A stretch of DNA of 64,000 nucleotides from Octopus vulgaris (GCA_951406725.2 OX597819.1:19034001-19098000); one strand, 5' to 3'. Numbered from the stretch's first letter, positions 13,218-27,053 are shown. Notes: a model not told the origin generated them from the sequence alone. Translations and numbers: made by a program.

Positions 13218-13391
13218 CCTCGAGAAGTACGTACAACAAATAGGAGCTGCAATAAGGGTGGAGCACTTGCAGAAAGCAGCACTGCTTGGAACCGGAACGT
13301 GCTCGAAAAATAAGAGGAGATACCTTAGTTTACTGGTAGTGAACAGCTGACACCGTAGTACATCTCCAGCGTTAGAAGCTGTGCAAAGACA
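13218..13391 (+). mobile_element. R4/Dong-type LINE extreme 3' end
   Basis: Encodes LEKYVQQIGAAIRVEHLQKAALLGT (C-terminus of the REL-endonuclease ORF) plus 3'UTR, followed by (TAA)n. Same family as 53462-53866. Confidence 0.85.
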
Positions 13392-13597
<206 letters not shown>

Positions 13598-14259
13598 ATT
13601 GAGGTGGACGCCTTTTCCTCGGTCAGTTTTAGACAATGGTTGATGTGGAAAGGGCGCTTTGAAATGATTCAGTGTGGTGTAGATATCATCATCAAACATA
13701 CCTACCTACCAATCTACCTACCTAGGTGCACACATAAACATGCATCTGCATAAAACACACATCCTCAGATATATGAGCATCTATCTGCGAGACGTGGGTA
13801 ATAAATACGAATCGTCAAAAGGCCATGGTGAACACTTTTCTCCTGAGAAAAAATATATCAGATATCCCGAGGAAAATATATCAGATATCCTATAACGATT
13901 ACGTTTCCAATAACATATTTTACAAACTGGCTGACAGAAGCAAATGAGCACAAGGAGAAAGAAACGCCGGCAGAGAGGGATTGGTCACTAACTGTGGTAC
14001 CCACCCGATGAATGCTAACCCCAGTGGCTTAAAACCCTACAAGGCGGAAAGCGCGAGAGAAAATGACCAAGAACAATTTACCTCCGTATGATTCGTGTGG
14101 ATTTCGGAATGTCGCTCAATGAAATACTTGCAGCGGCAATAGATGGGAATGATTAATAAGCCTTAGCAAACTCTATCTCCCACTAAATGACTGGACTCCT
14201 TTTTACCTTATTATTCATATTTCTTTATTGATTTTGAATAAAAAAATACTTATTGATGC

Positions 14260-14322
<63 letters not shown>

Positions 14323-14327
<5 letters not shown>

Positions 14328-14580
14328 AGAGTTCACAAAAAAAACAAAAAACAAAAGACGAAGACAGTTGGTGTACAAAACAAACTGATGTATTAGTATA
14401 ACGCTCAAGAATAGAAACAGTCTTTTACGTTTCGAGCCTACTCTCTTCTACAGAAAGGGACAGAGAAAAAAAACAAGGAGAAAAACATGGCGAGAAAAAA
14501 TGTGTGTAGTGGCTAACGATCTATCATGGCGATTGACTCGGACAGACGAGTCACACACGAGAGGGAAAGTAGGGGAGTAC
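14323..14580 (-). mobile_element. (TA)n-anchored non-coding element with hammerhead-like variant (Penelope pLTR-like)
   Basis: Abuts (TA)n with the terminus TAGGGAG (shared with 18391). Minus strand 14457-14422 reads CTTT CTG[TAG]AAGA GAG-TAGG-CTC GAAA CG TA AAAG. Confidence 0.55.
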
Positions 14581-14590
14581 TTATATATGA

Positions 14591-14785
14591 TTGGAGTCAC
14601 CAAGAATGTGTATGGTTGGACATTTATTGTTTAATCACTACAATTGTTTCCGCGCAACATTGTTTTCCAGGATTGCAGATGTCTAATTAATCAAGTACCT
14701 GCACGCCTGTAGGACAACGTTGCGTGTAATTAATCGTAGTGATTGAAAATAAATGTCCAACCATAAACTTTCTTGTTGACTCCAA
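14591..14785. repeat. Imperfect inverted repeat, arms about 80 bp (14591-14671 / 14706-14785)
   Basis: TTGGAGTCACCAAGAA...TATGGTTGGACATTTATT...AATCACTAC pairs with GTAGTGATT...AATAAATGTCCAACCATA...TTCTTGTTGACTCCAA. Confidence 0.85.
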
Positions 14786-14953
14786 ATGCTGCAACCATCT
14801 CTTAACACACGACAGATGCCCAAGCGCAAACCTGGAAGTAAGTACAATACTACTACTGGATAGCATTGGGTGAAATCTGAAGGTTGACTTGCTTTATACT
14901 GTACTCTACTACGTTCTTAGCAAAATAATAAAACATAACTATGTATATATATC

Positions 14954-15012
<59 letters not shown>

Positions 15013-15289
15013 TTAAGCACACACGCTGGCACACACGCACACACGCACAAACGTACAAACACACACATACAGAAGCGTTGCTGTTTCAAGGTTTCAAGGG
15101 CCCACAGCTTTAAAGTGAAGCCGATTAAATAAAATCGTATCCTTCTTATTAACCGTGTAAAATATTTAACAAACCGATGAAATATAGATGTGTGATTATG
15201 TTTGTGTATTTGTGAGTCTGTGTGCATCTATATATCATGTGCGTTTATGAGAGTGATATAGATAGAAAGATAGACATATATATATATAG

Positions 15290-15320
<31 letters not shown>

Positions 15321-15351
15321 CATATATATATACATAGAGAAATGGAGATAC

Positions 15352-15412
<61 letters not shown>

Positions 15413-16142
15413 CAGAGAGAGAGAGCGAGATAGACAGTCTCTATTGGTCTGTGCCTATTGTGAATATGCATGAAGATGTTTTACTCGCATTCACTTACAA
15501 CTCTCTACCCAATTTCCAAGTGTTTCTAATTACACTTGCTTGTATGTATATAGCCTATACTGTCGTATTATAAAAGGTAAATCATATTTCTAACTGGGTC
15601 CAGCTGGTGTTTTTCTGCTGAAATTAACTGTTACCTGTACACTATTGATAAACACACCTGAGTCATATTTATCAAACACACAACTTGATACTTTTAAACT
15701 ACTTCGTTAAATTTCCGGGAGAATTTTTAATACATTAATCATGGCCCCAACACTTATTTGATTACCCATCGCAAAGAAACACAGCCACGCGCATACACAC
15801 TGATATCATGTAATGCATTCTCAGTATGAAAGTCACATACATTGTGTGACATACACAGTTATCTGCTCGAAAATTTCATGTAGTTATGCGCGCACACATA
15901 CTTACATAGGTATGTCTATGTGTGCGCGCTTTTCTTTATACGTATGTATGTGTGTGTTTGTGTGTGCACGTGGTTATTCTCAAATAAGTATATGTAATTT
16001 AGCGCGTGTATATGAATGTATATACATATATACCGATACATGACAATATAAGGTGTACGGTTGTGGTGTCTTCGCTATAACTTTCGGACAACCAACGTCT
16101 TGTGAGCGAATTTGGTAGTAGGAAACTGAAAGACACACACAA

Positions 16143-16175
<33 letters not shown>

Positions 16176-16910
16176 CACACGCACACATAAACGCACACAC
16201 ATATGTGTGCTTATATATGTTTGTGCGCGTGTGTCGGTGAGTTTGTTTGTGTATATAGATGTTTGCCTGTGTGTTTGTGTTTGTAACACCTTATTCCAGT
16301 TGAGGGGTTACCCAAATATAGCTTGGGGTATGGAGGTGTGCGCTGGTACGGATTTTGATGGGCAGCGTCAGATTTGCGATCCAGCGTCGCAGAGTGGAAG
16401 GATTGTCTATTAGGTTTACCACTACGGGAAATTTTGGGTGGAAAAGGGAGGCTGGAATACGGGGAATTTCTTCCTGTTTTATCTAAAATGGCATATTGGG
16501 GTAAGTGTTTTGTACTATAGCCACAAAAATATGCACAGGGGTTGAATAATTCAAATAAACGTTGTTTTTGAAAGTAGCGCTCTATGATGAACGAACTTTG
16601 ATAGCTGAAACGGGTAAAGGATGAGAAATATCTTGTCGTCTCAATCGTTAGAATGCGACCATGCTGGGTTGCACCTTTAGCAATTTTCAGTCGAATGTCT
16701 CAACAGCAGTGCCTATTCTTTCACGCCTATTTCTGAAGCTATCAGCAACATTTACTGAACAGCTAAGTTACAAGGATGTAAACACATCAGCACCATTTGA
16801 CAAGCAGTGGCGTTGGATATGGGGATGAGAACAAAACCCCATGCACGCACAACATACACATTCACACAAATACGTATATATACAGAGAGAGACACATCAA
16901 CCGTTTTTTT

Positions 16911-17883
16911 ATGTCCTGTACCCATATATGCATGTTTCGGTACGTACATATATGTTTGTATGTATGCATATATTTTATTTATTACACTATTGTCTGACAG
17001 CGCTTCGTGTCGGGTTCGTTTGAATTTTCGATTTTTCGAATTCTCACTTCGTTCCGTTCCCTCCTCTTTGCCCGTTTTTACAGTTTACTACAATGACGCG
17101 AAACTCTCTTCCTTTGCTTTAACTTCTCCTCTCTCTCTCTCTCGCTCTCTCTACCTCACCCTTCTCTCTAGCCGGTGTCTTCCTCTATCTGTCTCTCTCT
17201 CTCTCCTACTTCTCACTTTCGTCACTGCTAAACCTTTCCGCCTGTTGCATTCAGGCCATAAGGTCATGTTTCCTCGCGCTCGCCAGTTACCCTCCCGTCC
17301 ATGCCAGAACAAAGGCTTCCGTTCGTCTTTTTCGTTTGTTCTCTTGTTTATTTTTGATTTCTCGTGTTGTAATTTAATTCTCGTTACGTATTTTCGTGTA
17401 CATGTATCTTTAATTTTGTATTATTTTATTTTTTTCTTGTATGTATTTTTTTGTGCAGTTCTTTGTTACGTCCCTTTTTGTGTTACATTTTCTCTTGCTC
17501 GTTTACCCCTCTACGAGTTTATTTTATTTTAATTCTCTCGTAGGAAGGCCTAGCTTGACCTTACGTGTTCTGTCTCTGCCTTCGAAACACGTGTCTGCTA
17601 GCGACAGCTGATGAAGGGGATTTTTCCTTGTGTAGCATGTCCTGTACTTCGTTTTCTGCTGCACATAATTGTTTCTCCCGTTTTCGTTTTCGTTTCTTGT
17701 TCCACGTCTCTGTCCTTCTGTTGTAACAAAATGTCTTCTCCGTTTTCGTTCTGTTGATTTTTTCGTCTTCTTGTGATGTCCTGTACGTATATATATATTT
17801 ATATATGCATGTATATATACATGTAGATGTCGGTACGTACATATATGTTTGTATGTATGCATATATTTTATTTATTACACTAT
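16911..17883 (+). mobile_element. About 0.9-kb non-coding element with terminal direct repeat and hammerhead-like core (retrozyme/PLE-like)
   Basis: Identical 54-bp repeats at 16937-16990 and 17830-17883, plus ATGTCCTGTAC at 16911 and 17776. T-rich interior. Core motif at 17579-17619. Confidence 0.6.
17579..17619 (+). ncRNA. Hammerhead-ribozyme-like motif, type II order
   Basis: CCTTC GAAA CACGTG TC TGCTAGCGACAG CTGATGA AGGGG: both core strands intact, GUC triplet, palindromic stem III ACACGTGT. Stems I and II are weak. Confidence 0.5.
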
Positions 17884-17964
17884 ATGTATATATATATGCA
17901 TATATTTATATATTATTTATATTATTATATGATCGGACGCCACGCACCTCTTTCAAAGTAAGTT

Positions 17965-18028
<64 letters not shown>

Positions 18029-18313
18029 GAATGTATGTATGTATATATATTTTCACTCGTGCAGTACTTTCCAGTTTTACATTGTTATATAAATATATAC
18101 ATGTAAGTATATATATATATATATATAAATGTGCGTATGTATGTATATGTATACATATTCGCCATTGGATAATATATAAGACGTTCTCTCCAATGTTTTA
18201 AGAGTAAACAAGATAACTTTTGTTAAAATATTAAGTAGCGAATAAAATGTATGGAGTAATACAATATATATATATATATTTATACATATGTACATACGTA
18301 CATACAGACATAC

Positions 18314-18380
<67 letters not shown>

Positions 18381-18390
18381 ATAATAATAT

Positions 18391-18710
18391 TAGGGAGTAA
18401 ATCCAAACTTACAGGGAAAAATTAGATTTAGGATTAAATCTAATTTTATAGTATAAAAATATGTATTATATTAAATTAGAGATAAAACCAATATTAGGCA
18501 AATCAAACAGTGAAACTCATAAGCAAATACATAGAAATAAAATTAATTAATAAAATATATAAAAAATATAAAATATAAAATTCCAAGTTAAAATATTTAA
18601 ATTAAAGTTAAGATTTAAATATATTTTATATTTTTTATATATTTTATTAATTTTATTTCTACGTATTGGCTTATGATTTTCACTGTTTGATTTGCCTAAT
18701 AGTGGTTTTA

Positions 18711-18716
<6 letters not shown>
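18391..18716. mobile_element. (TA)n-embedded asymmetric inverted-repeat element (Penelope pLTR-like)
   Basis: Arms 18477-18577 and 18620-18716. Unpaired left extension starts TAGGGAG and contains a 13-bp perfect hairpin (18418-18447). (TA)n on both sides. Confidence 0.7.
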
Positions 18717-18767
<51 letters not shown>

Positions 18768-19222
18768 CTACTTTTATATTAACTTATGAGTCTGCGCCTT
18801 CCCCCTAGCGGCCTGAGCAAAATCCCTCGAAGGCCATTGTCAATGCCCCTCAGTCACCAGTCTTGATCAAAGAATAGAAAAACCCTTATTGTGCATATCT
18901 TGTTCTGTGCTTGGAATAATCCGGAGAAAAAGAGTCTTTACTATTTTAGGTAAATTATTCTTAATCTGTTATCCGTTCACTACGATATCTGAAAAGCCGT
19001 ACGCTGTGTCCACGTACAGTTAATGTCAAATCGATGGAGGGAGTAAGCTAATATACAACACGAATATTTAAGTCCTATAAAGAAATCTTCCGTGCAGGTC
19101 TTTCCGCAAAATACATGTCGGAGACCCGACGTTGATGACTGGATCTTCTACCATCTCTACTTCCTCGCTTGTCAATGCACGCTTTCGCATGTTTATACAT
19201 ATGCACGTTAAAATAGGCATAT

Positions 19223-19297
<75 letters not shown>

Positions 19298-19933
19298 CTC
19301 GTCTCTGGAGGTATTTAGAAGATACAACTCCAGAGAATTAATTTCTTTTCTGCATATCTCTATATAGGTGGATATATGTTAACTTTGTACCCGTTGGCTT
19401 CTAGTCATTCATGCATTGCCGAACAGAAACGCTTTTGGAAAATAAAGCAGTTTGTGATATGCATAACTACTGGAAGGCGTAAATTATCCTGCTCTGAGAT
19501 ACAAATATATAATTCTACATGAATATATTCGCTTATATTTAGGAACTAATGCAAATTTGAGCAGTAATATATTAAAAGTTTATATTAATAATAATTAAAG
19601 TTAAGATGAGTAGCTTCTGAATTTTTATTATAAAATAGTCTATATCATTTAAGTAACGAAGCTGCAAGCTCAAATCTCTGACGAAATATTTTGTCTGTTA
19701 TGAATGTCGGCTCTTGGTTTGGAATAGGTCACGTGAGCGAAAATGTTGTCGGATTAGTAAAAGTAAAATTTAAAATTCGCTGTTGAAACAAGTTCAAGTC
19801 TGATAGGTTGTCCAAAATATATCGCAAGCAGATCTCTATTACATATGTCATTTGGGCTAAAAATAATAGAATTATTTAGCTCACATTGTTTAAGCCTTGT
19901 CACAGTCAAAGATCGATCGTTAGAAATGAAGAT

Positions 19934-20318
19934 GGGAAGCACTCCGTCGGTTACGACGATGAGGGTTCCGGTTGATCCGAAACAACGGAACAGCCTGCTC
20001 GTGAAATTAACGTGTAAGTGGCTGAGCACTCCACAGACACGTGTACCCTTAACGTAGTTCTCGGGGATATTCAGCGTGACACAGAGAGTGACAAGGCCGG
20101 CCCCTTGAAATACAGGCACAACAGAAACAGGAAGTAAGAGTGAGAGAAAGTTGTGGCGAAAGAGTACAGCAGGGATCACCACCATCCCCTGCCGGAGCCT
20201 CGTGGAGCTTTAGGTGTTTTCGCTCAATAAACACTCACAACGCCCGGTCTGGGAATCGAAACCGCGATCGTATGACCGCGAGTCCGCTGCCCTAACCACT
20301 GGGCCATTGCGCCTCCAC
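19934..20318 (-). mobile_element. SINE family A (tail type 2), full length
   Basis: Head GTGGAGGCGCAATGGCCCAGTGGTTAGGGCAGCGGACTCGCGG...GGTTTCGATTCCCAGACC. 12-bp TSD AGAAATGAAGAT at 19922-19933 and 20319-20330. Confidence 0.92.
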
Positions 20319-20357
20319 AGAAATGAAGATACACATTCGCTCACACACGAACATTCA

Positions 20358-21470
20358 TACTGGATGTTCCAAACTATGTATACACACTTTAACTGCTGAT
20401 GACTGAGTTTTCATTTCTTTTTATATATAACTTATTAATTAGAAGAATTGAGCTGAACCAGACACAGCTTTGAATAAATTTGATTGATTCTAAAACGTTA
20501 TTGGAAATTCAAAGAGAAATCATTGTCGAAAATAATTCAGAAAGGAATTTCAAAAAACGCCACCTACACGATACACCATCACTCAAAGTAGGAACAAATC
20601 TGGAGCGGATGGAAATGTTGAAAATGAAAATTAAAAAGAAAATTTTCTCAGACGGTGACCATAGATGATCGCCTCAAAGTAAGGAGTGGGTAACAGAAAC
20701 GCTTTACCAGAGTTCAAGAACAACGGTCCTGAAAGCAGGCCGTGTTATAGAAATTTCAATATGAAGCGTTTTCTGCACATTTTAAAGTAAAATTCTAAGA
20801 AATGTTCTTACTGTCAATGAAGATGATCCAGACCCGAGAGTGGATCTTTCTCAGTGGTACTTTACAACATGTGTAGAATTTCCAACAAAGATGGCTTGAA
20901 TTGATGAGACGACATTTATATTACTCAAATAACCGCTGTGTTTGTGTCTTCTGGTGACCGGAGGTACCTCATATTACGAACGAACATCATGTTAATTTAT
21001 TAGGAGTTACAATATGGCGTGGTTCGTCATCAAAGGCTTTTAAATGGATCATTAATTTTGATGATACACTGATTGGTCACATGTATTCAAGATTGCTGTA
21101 GCAAACTATCATGCTAAGTGATCAAGTTCCACTTGGTGATGTAGAGTTTCATATTCCAGAATATGGAGCACTCTCACACCACCACTATGATATAAGGGCC
21201 TACCTTGATGAGTTATAATCTAAAAGTTGGATTGTGCGAAAAGACTCGGTGGAAAAACACCCGCGTTCATCGGATCTCACACCACTAAACATTTTTATGG
21301 AGACTCTTAGATTATAAAGTTTAAGCTATTAAACTAGCAATAACCGACGAATTCAGGGCAAACGCTGAAGAAGACTGCGCATGAAAGCTGAACGATATGT
21401 TTCTTGCTGTTTGCGATTCCATGTTTCTGCGTTATGAAAATGGTGATCAGTTTGAAAACAAGTGTCCATA
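20358..21470 (+). mobile_element. Decayed Tc1/mariner transposon, DD41D type
   Basis: TA + CTGGATGTTCCAAA..ATGTATACACACTTTAA TIR-like start. Broken ORF with VNLLGVTIWRGSSS and (D>Y)GALSHHHYDIRAYLDEL*SKSWIVRKDSVEKHPRSSDLTPL(D>N), giving 41 residues between the 2nd and 3rd catalytic positions. Confidence 0.8.
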
Positions 21471-22772
21471 AGAAGAAGAATATTTCTAGGAAAAAAAAAA
21501 GGAAAAGAAAAAGCGCTAAGAGCAAACAAACAATTTTATATTTTGCAAAACTAGAAGTTTGCTCGATTGACCGTACTTTCTATTAATCATATTACACTCA
21601 CCTAAGTCTATTACGTGCGTGCAGTGTGGAATGAAACATTCCTTATAATATTATTACTAAAAGAACTAATGCTACCTGTCTGAAGATTGAAAGTTATACA
21701 TTAACTCTGCTCACTTGGAGCATTCTTATTGTTAATATGCCTCAAAGCTAGTTGCAATTTCATCAATGTGATGTCTCCATTGTGTGGGAAGACTATAAAC
21801 TAGGAAATTGTAAAGAACTTAATGAAATGTTTTCTAGAATCCACAAGGACCATCTTGAAGCAAACTAAACTAACATGGTAGAAGATATAAATTGATTATA
21901 TACGTTCAACAATGTCGGTCATGAACTATCAACACTTTTACAATGAATTTAGGCAGAGACAATTTTCTTGCAATTCTTACTGCTTGTATAGAGCGTCAAC
22001 GTATATACATTTTTTGGAATATCTATTGAAAGAAGAGCTAAAACATTCTGAATTTTTGATCGATTAAATAAATGTGCGAAGAGCGTAATTTATACAATGG
22101 CATCAAAGATTTGCTTCAAGTGGGTTGTATTGAATGGAAAAGCATCGTTACGTGAGTTGCATTACTTAAGAAGTGCATTGGAATCTTGGGGTACAAGGTT
22201 CAAATTGCTGCTTTCATTATTTCGCCAATTCCACAAATGTCAAATACGTCGCTATCAGCCCACATCCTCCGCGACCACCTCGTTTCCTTTTTTACCTTTT
22301 TGTTTTCCTGGTCGGCTCCATTTATTTGAACATAGTATCACGAGAGATGTGTTCTTAGCTTCATGAATAAAGCATTATAGTTGAAATAAAACGATAGCTG
22401 AGTGTCCACAAGCGCGTGTGCTATTAAGTCATAATGATATGCATACTGGGCCGCGTATTGTTCGGTAAATCGAAATGATGAGATAATTCAATGGCAATAT
22501 CTTAAAGAATATAAGTTGTCTGAATGAAACCTATATAACATTTATTGCGGTGAAAAGAGAAATTGTATTTTAAACTATAAGCGTTTATCATACTCCATAG
22601 AGAGTATTCTACCGAGGTAACATACTGGATTTAATGAGATGAAATATGAATTAGAACATAACTATACACACATGCACGCATCCATACGTATATAATAATA
22701 CATTTATATATACGCATCCACGTACATAAATGAACATAAATGCATGCAAACACACACCTACGCACACATACA

Positions 22773-22856
<84 letters not shown>

Positions 22857-23694
22857 TTATATTCATTCTCTTAAGATATGTTTTCTAATGGTTTAAATTT
22901 AATTTGGGATTTCAAATATTGAATATATAACTTCTCTAAACCGATAATCACTTTGAAAATGAAATATTAAAACAAAATAAATTCATAATATAATATTTAT
23001 ATTAATGACGCAAAGAGAGAAAGGTTCAAAGAAAAATATAATTTGAAATGTTTATAAGATAAATATGCTAACGTGGTCCCTTTTAACGTTAATACGGTCG
23101 AAAATATATACTGCGTATCCTATGGAAGATGTTAAAGAAGACCAATATTAACGAAACCTTGAATGTATTTTACTGATAATTGAGGGGTAAAAGAAAAAAA
23201 CTAATTAAGTATAATGTGGTGTAGTTTGATCCTTAGAATTCTGAAAAGCCTGCTGCTTTGCAGATAAGATTTAAAATTATTTTAATACAAGCTTAAGAGT
23301 GATTTCACAATACATTGTTCATATAGTTTATCTTTATTGAATGCATGTATTGAAAATCGGATTTATAATAATTGGAATCGGCGCATTAAAGAAAGCTTTG
23401 GAAAGAGGTGAAGAATTTGGGTTTTTATTACATAATTTATATTTAGGTTACGTTGTTTTTTTTAGTTCTACATATTTTCTTTCTTCTGAGAAGCTTCGAA
23501 GTTTTAAACCTTGAATCGAATGAAAATTTCTGATAAATGGTGAAAGTAGTTTCTTTCATATTTTATGTTTGAGTGTTTGGATTGGGTTATATTGTCATTT
23601 AATCTGTGCTGGAATATTATTATGAAATACGAAGAGCTACAGGAATAAAGAAGCGATTCAAAGAGCGGCACACTTCACAGTATATAAGATATCT

Positions 23695-23885
23695 AAGGCG
23701 GTTGAATTGCAGAACAGTTATGGGATTCGGTAAAGTGTTTTACGACGTCTTCCAATTCATTACTGTGTAGGTTCAAAATCTACCAGAGTTTCCATTGTCT
23801 TGAATCCCTCCGGTGATGATAAACTAACGTAATTTTCAAGTATTTGTATCTACGTTATCGATTGACCCTTCTCCACAAATTTAGT
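23695..23885 (+). mobile_element. Highly degenerate SINE family B copy
   Basis: AAGGCGG...GCAGAACAGTTA...GGTTCAAAATCTACCAGAG...ATCCCTCCGG..GATGATAAA pattern. Confidence 0.45.
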
Positions 23886-24126
23886 GATATGATACAGAAT
23901 ATATTTCACTCCAAATACCAGAATTATGAGGTTCCTGCGACTTAATTCAGTTGTTTGTAAAAGATTTTCAGCGAAATTTTCTAAGGATGCAAAATTTTCA
24001 AAATAGCCTTTTGACATCGCCAAACAAAGTTATTTTTTCTGCAGATATAATCAGGAACATACCTACAAGTACAGCGGTAAACAATTGAAATATACACACG
24101 CAAGCACGCAAGCACGCAAGCACACC

Positions 24127-24200
<74 letters not shown>

Positions 24201-24589
24201 AACACACAAACACACACACATACTTATGCAACAAAACAGGAGATTGTGAAAACTGTTGGTTTTATTTATTCATCATTGCACATGTTTCGTTTACTAATAG
24301 GAACTACAAAACTCTACAAGAAAGAGAAATATGCAAGATACCTCGTATTACATATTCTTCAGAAATACAATAAAATGATAATAATCAAAGAATATTGTAA
24401 TGTGATTTCTCTGCCTGAAGCATTTCCAGTAAGAGATATCTTACCTGCCTCTCCCACATGTACATTTTTTTGTAACTCCTACTCTCAAATGAAACATTTA
24501 ATGCTGAATGCATAATATCAATAGTTTTTCTAATTAATGCCAGGTCACTCTTAAGCGCTAATGGTAACATGTAACTCAGCATAACCTGT

Positions 24590-25100
24590 CGCATGATCGG
24601 GTTGTCGGTGACTAAACTGGCAACCCCATCAAGCTTGCTTGGTGAGGAGGGTGTTGTTGACCCGAAAAATAAGACCCATCAAAGGGTGGAAGAACTACTG
24701 TGTTGTCAACCGTCAATTCAACAAGTTCCTTGTCACGGTGAAGTGCCTGTGTGCTCCATTAACCCGAAGAACTACCCTGCAGGGAGAGAAATCTTCAGGC
24801 AGGTCTTACTAGGCCAGACATATCGACACACAGACAAAATCTTATGAAATAAATCGAACCGTCGGTAGAAGGGAATGGATTTAGTTATCGGCAGGTCTTA
24901 ACAGATCAGATTCCTGGCTTTGAAAAAGCAGGATGTCATGCAGAGGATCTTGAATACAAGACAATGGATGAGACCCTAATATTTCTAGTTAGATGGAAAC
25001 TGTGCGACCACATGGTGCAGCGTCCCGTGACTCCTATAGTATGCACAACTGAAATACTGAAGAAGTGGCGTCCTATGGGACGACCTAGATGAGATGAGTA
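24590..25100 (+). mobile_element. Probable RTE-type LINE 5'UTR remnant
   Basis: CCTTGTCACGGTGAAGTGCCTGTGTGCTCCATTAACCCGAAGAACTACCCTGCAGGG resembles RTE/BovB 5' regions. No ORF support. Confidence 0.4.
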
Positions 25101-26315
25101 GGATTTCTAGTCTCCTCATTTGAATTATAATTATTTTGCAGAGATTTGTTTCCTGTATTTTTAGCTTTTATGCTTACTTCAAACATACATAGCATGAATG
25201 TATGGATTTGGAATGCTGGAACATGTTTTACAAGATGTGCTTCACGAGGTGTGCTTTACGAGATGTGCTTCACAAGATGAGCTTCGAGAGGTAACAGTAA
25301 TATCATCCGTAAATAAGCATGCTTATACGTGTAAATATCAACTAAACTTAATAATTTATTACGTGATCTACAAACAACGTGACACCCTGTACAGATGTAA
25401 GAGTATGCAATTATGTTACAAAGATGATATACTCTATATCTATTCGAAGGCATATTATGTAGCAGAGAAACTTGATTTATAACCACGTGGCATCTGAGTT
25501 ACATTTTAGGTCCAGGCAGATCACCGCCTTATAAACGAATTGTAAACGAATTTGCAAATGGTGTGTGAGTGAGTGAGGGTGTGTGCGTGTGTGCGTGTGT
25601 GTGTATGTGTATGTCTATGGGTGTGTATTATGTGCGCGTGCGCGTGGAAGTGGATGTCTGTGAATGAGTCTGTGCTTTTTACTCCATCTTTGCAACCTAG
25701 GACTTCAGCAAATGAAACCGATAAAACGTGTATCAGACTTAAAAGAACATAATGCATCGTTGTCAGTTTGTTCGGCTAATCGTGATAGTCTCTTAATCTG
25801 CCTGAAGTCTAACGAACTACACACATAAGAATGATAAGATTTTTAAAGACGTGTACTTAGACGTCCGGATTAAATACCTAATGTTTTATATGAGTACATA
25901 AACTTGATTTACATTGAAGTATTACCAAATGGGATCATTATACAAAAATAGCTAGCATTAGGTATAAAATAGTGGATGTTTTCAACTTTTAAATAATTCT
26001 GTATAACAGAGATATTTCGGGAAATAATAGAAATAGGTGATAAACTTACAATCACCGTTATATGTTAGTTTCTTAGAGAGCCAGGCATATATAAAAATGT
26101 GCATATCAGCTTTCTCAGATTACAACAAGTTAGCAACGGTTTCTAGTTCATGAAATTTCACAATTCCAGGAATAAAACCAGAAAAAATGTGAGAGAAGAT
26201 TCCATAGTTTAATTGGATGAAAGAAAGCTACGAAATACGTCAGTGTTTTTGAATTTATCTATCATGCAATGAAAGTGATATTTTTTTTTACTCCATTATA
26301 TCTTTAAAGAAAAAC

Positions 26316-26316
<1 letters not shown>

Positions 26317-26350
<34 letters not shown>

Positions 26351-26405
26351 GTAATAATAATAATAATAATGATGATGGTGATGATAATACTACTACTACT
26401 ACTAC

Positions 26406-26437
<32 letters not shown>

Positions 26438-26473
26438 GAAATAATAATAATAGTAATAATAATAATAATAATA

Positions 26474-26514
<41 letters not shown>

Positions 26515-26565
26515 ACTCATGGTGATGATGTTGATGATGATGATGGTGATGATGAGGAGGATGCT

Positions 26566-26596
<31 letters not shown>

Positions 26597-26600
26597 ATAA
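26317..26600. repeat. (TAA)n/(TGA)n trinucleotide array
   Basis: Directly visible. Confidence 0.93.
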
Positions 26601-26972
26601 AGGGAAGTGAAAGAAAACAGGAATAAATTTCAATTCCACTTCTTCCATTAGAGTTAACAAATGCAGAGAGTAACGTATGAAAAGCCTGGAGCCACGATAC
26701 AGGAACGATTAAAAGATTTTCATCGCCTTGGGCTTGAAAATGTTATATTGTAAAATGTAAAATTACAATTTATATCTACTGAGAATTTTTCCGAAAAATT
26801 ATTAAACATTTCCAATGGCAAAACAAGAAGTAAAAATTGAGGAAACATATTTTACAGAAAATAAAAAAAAAGGCAAAAATTATATCCTTGTACATTCAAA
26901 ATAAAGAGATGTACACTTAAACACTCTTTCTCAGTGGGAATGTGTAAACATACGGTGTGAGCGCGCATATAT

Positions 26973-27053
<81 letters not shown>

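Noticed and set aside
16807-17532. 241-aa hydrophobic ORF
   Set aside because: Its composition follows T/CT-rich repeat sequence, it crosses the element boundary, and it has no recognisable domain.
25221-25292. 14-bp repeat GATGTGCTTCACGA x4-5 as a CRISPR-like array
   Set aside because: No spacers; it is an ordinary short minisatellite in eukaryotic DNA.
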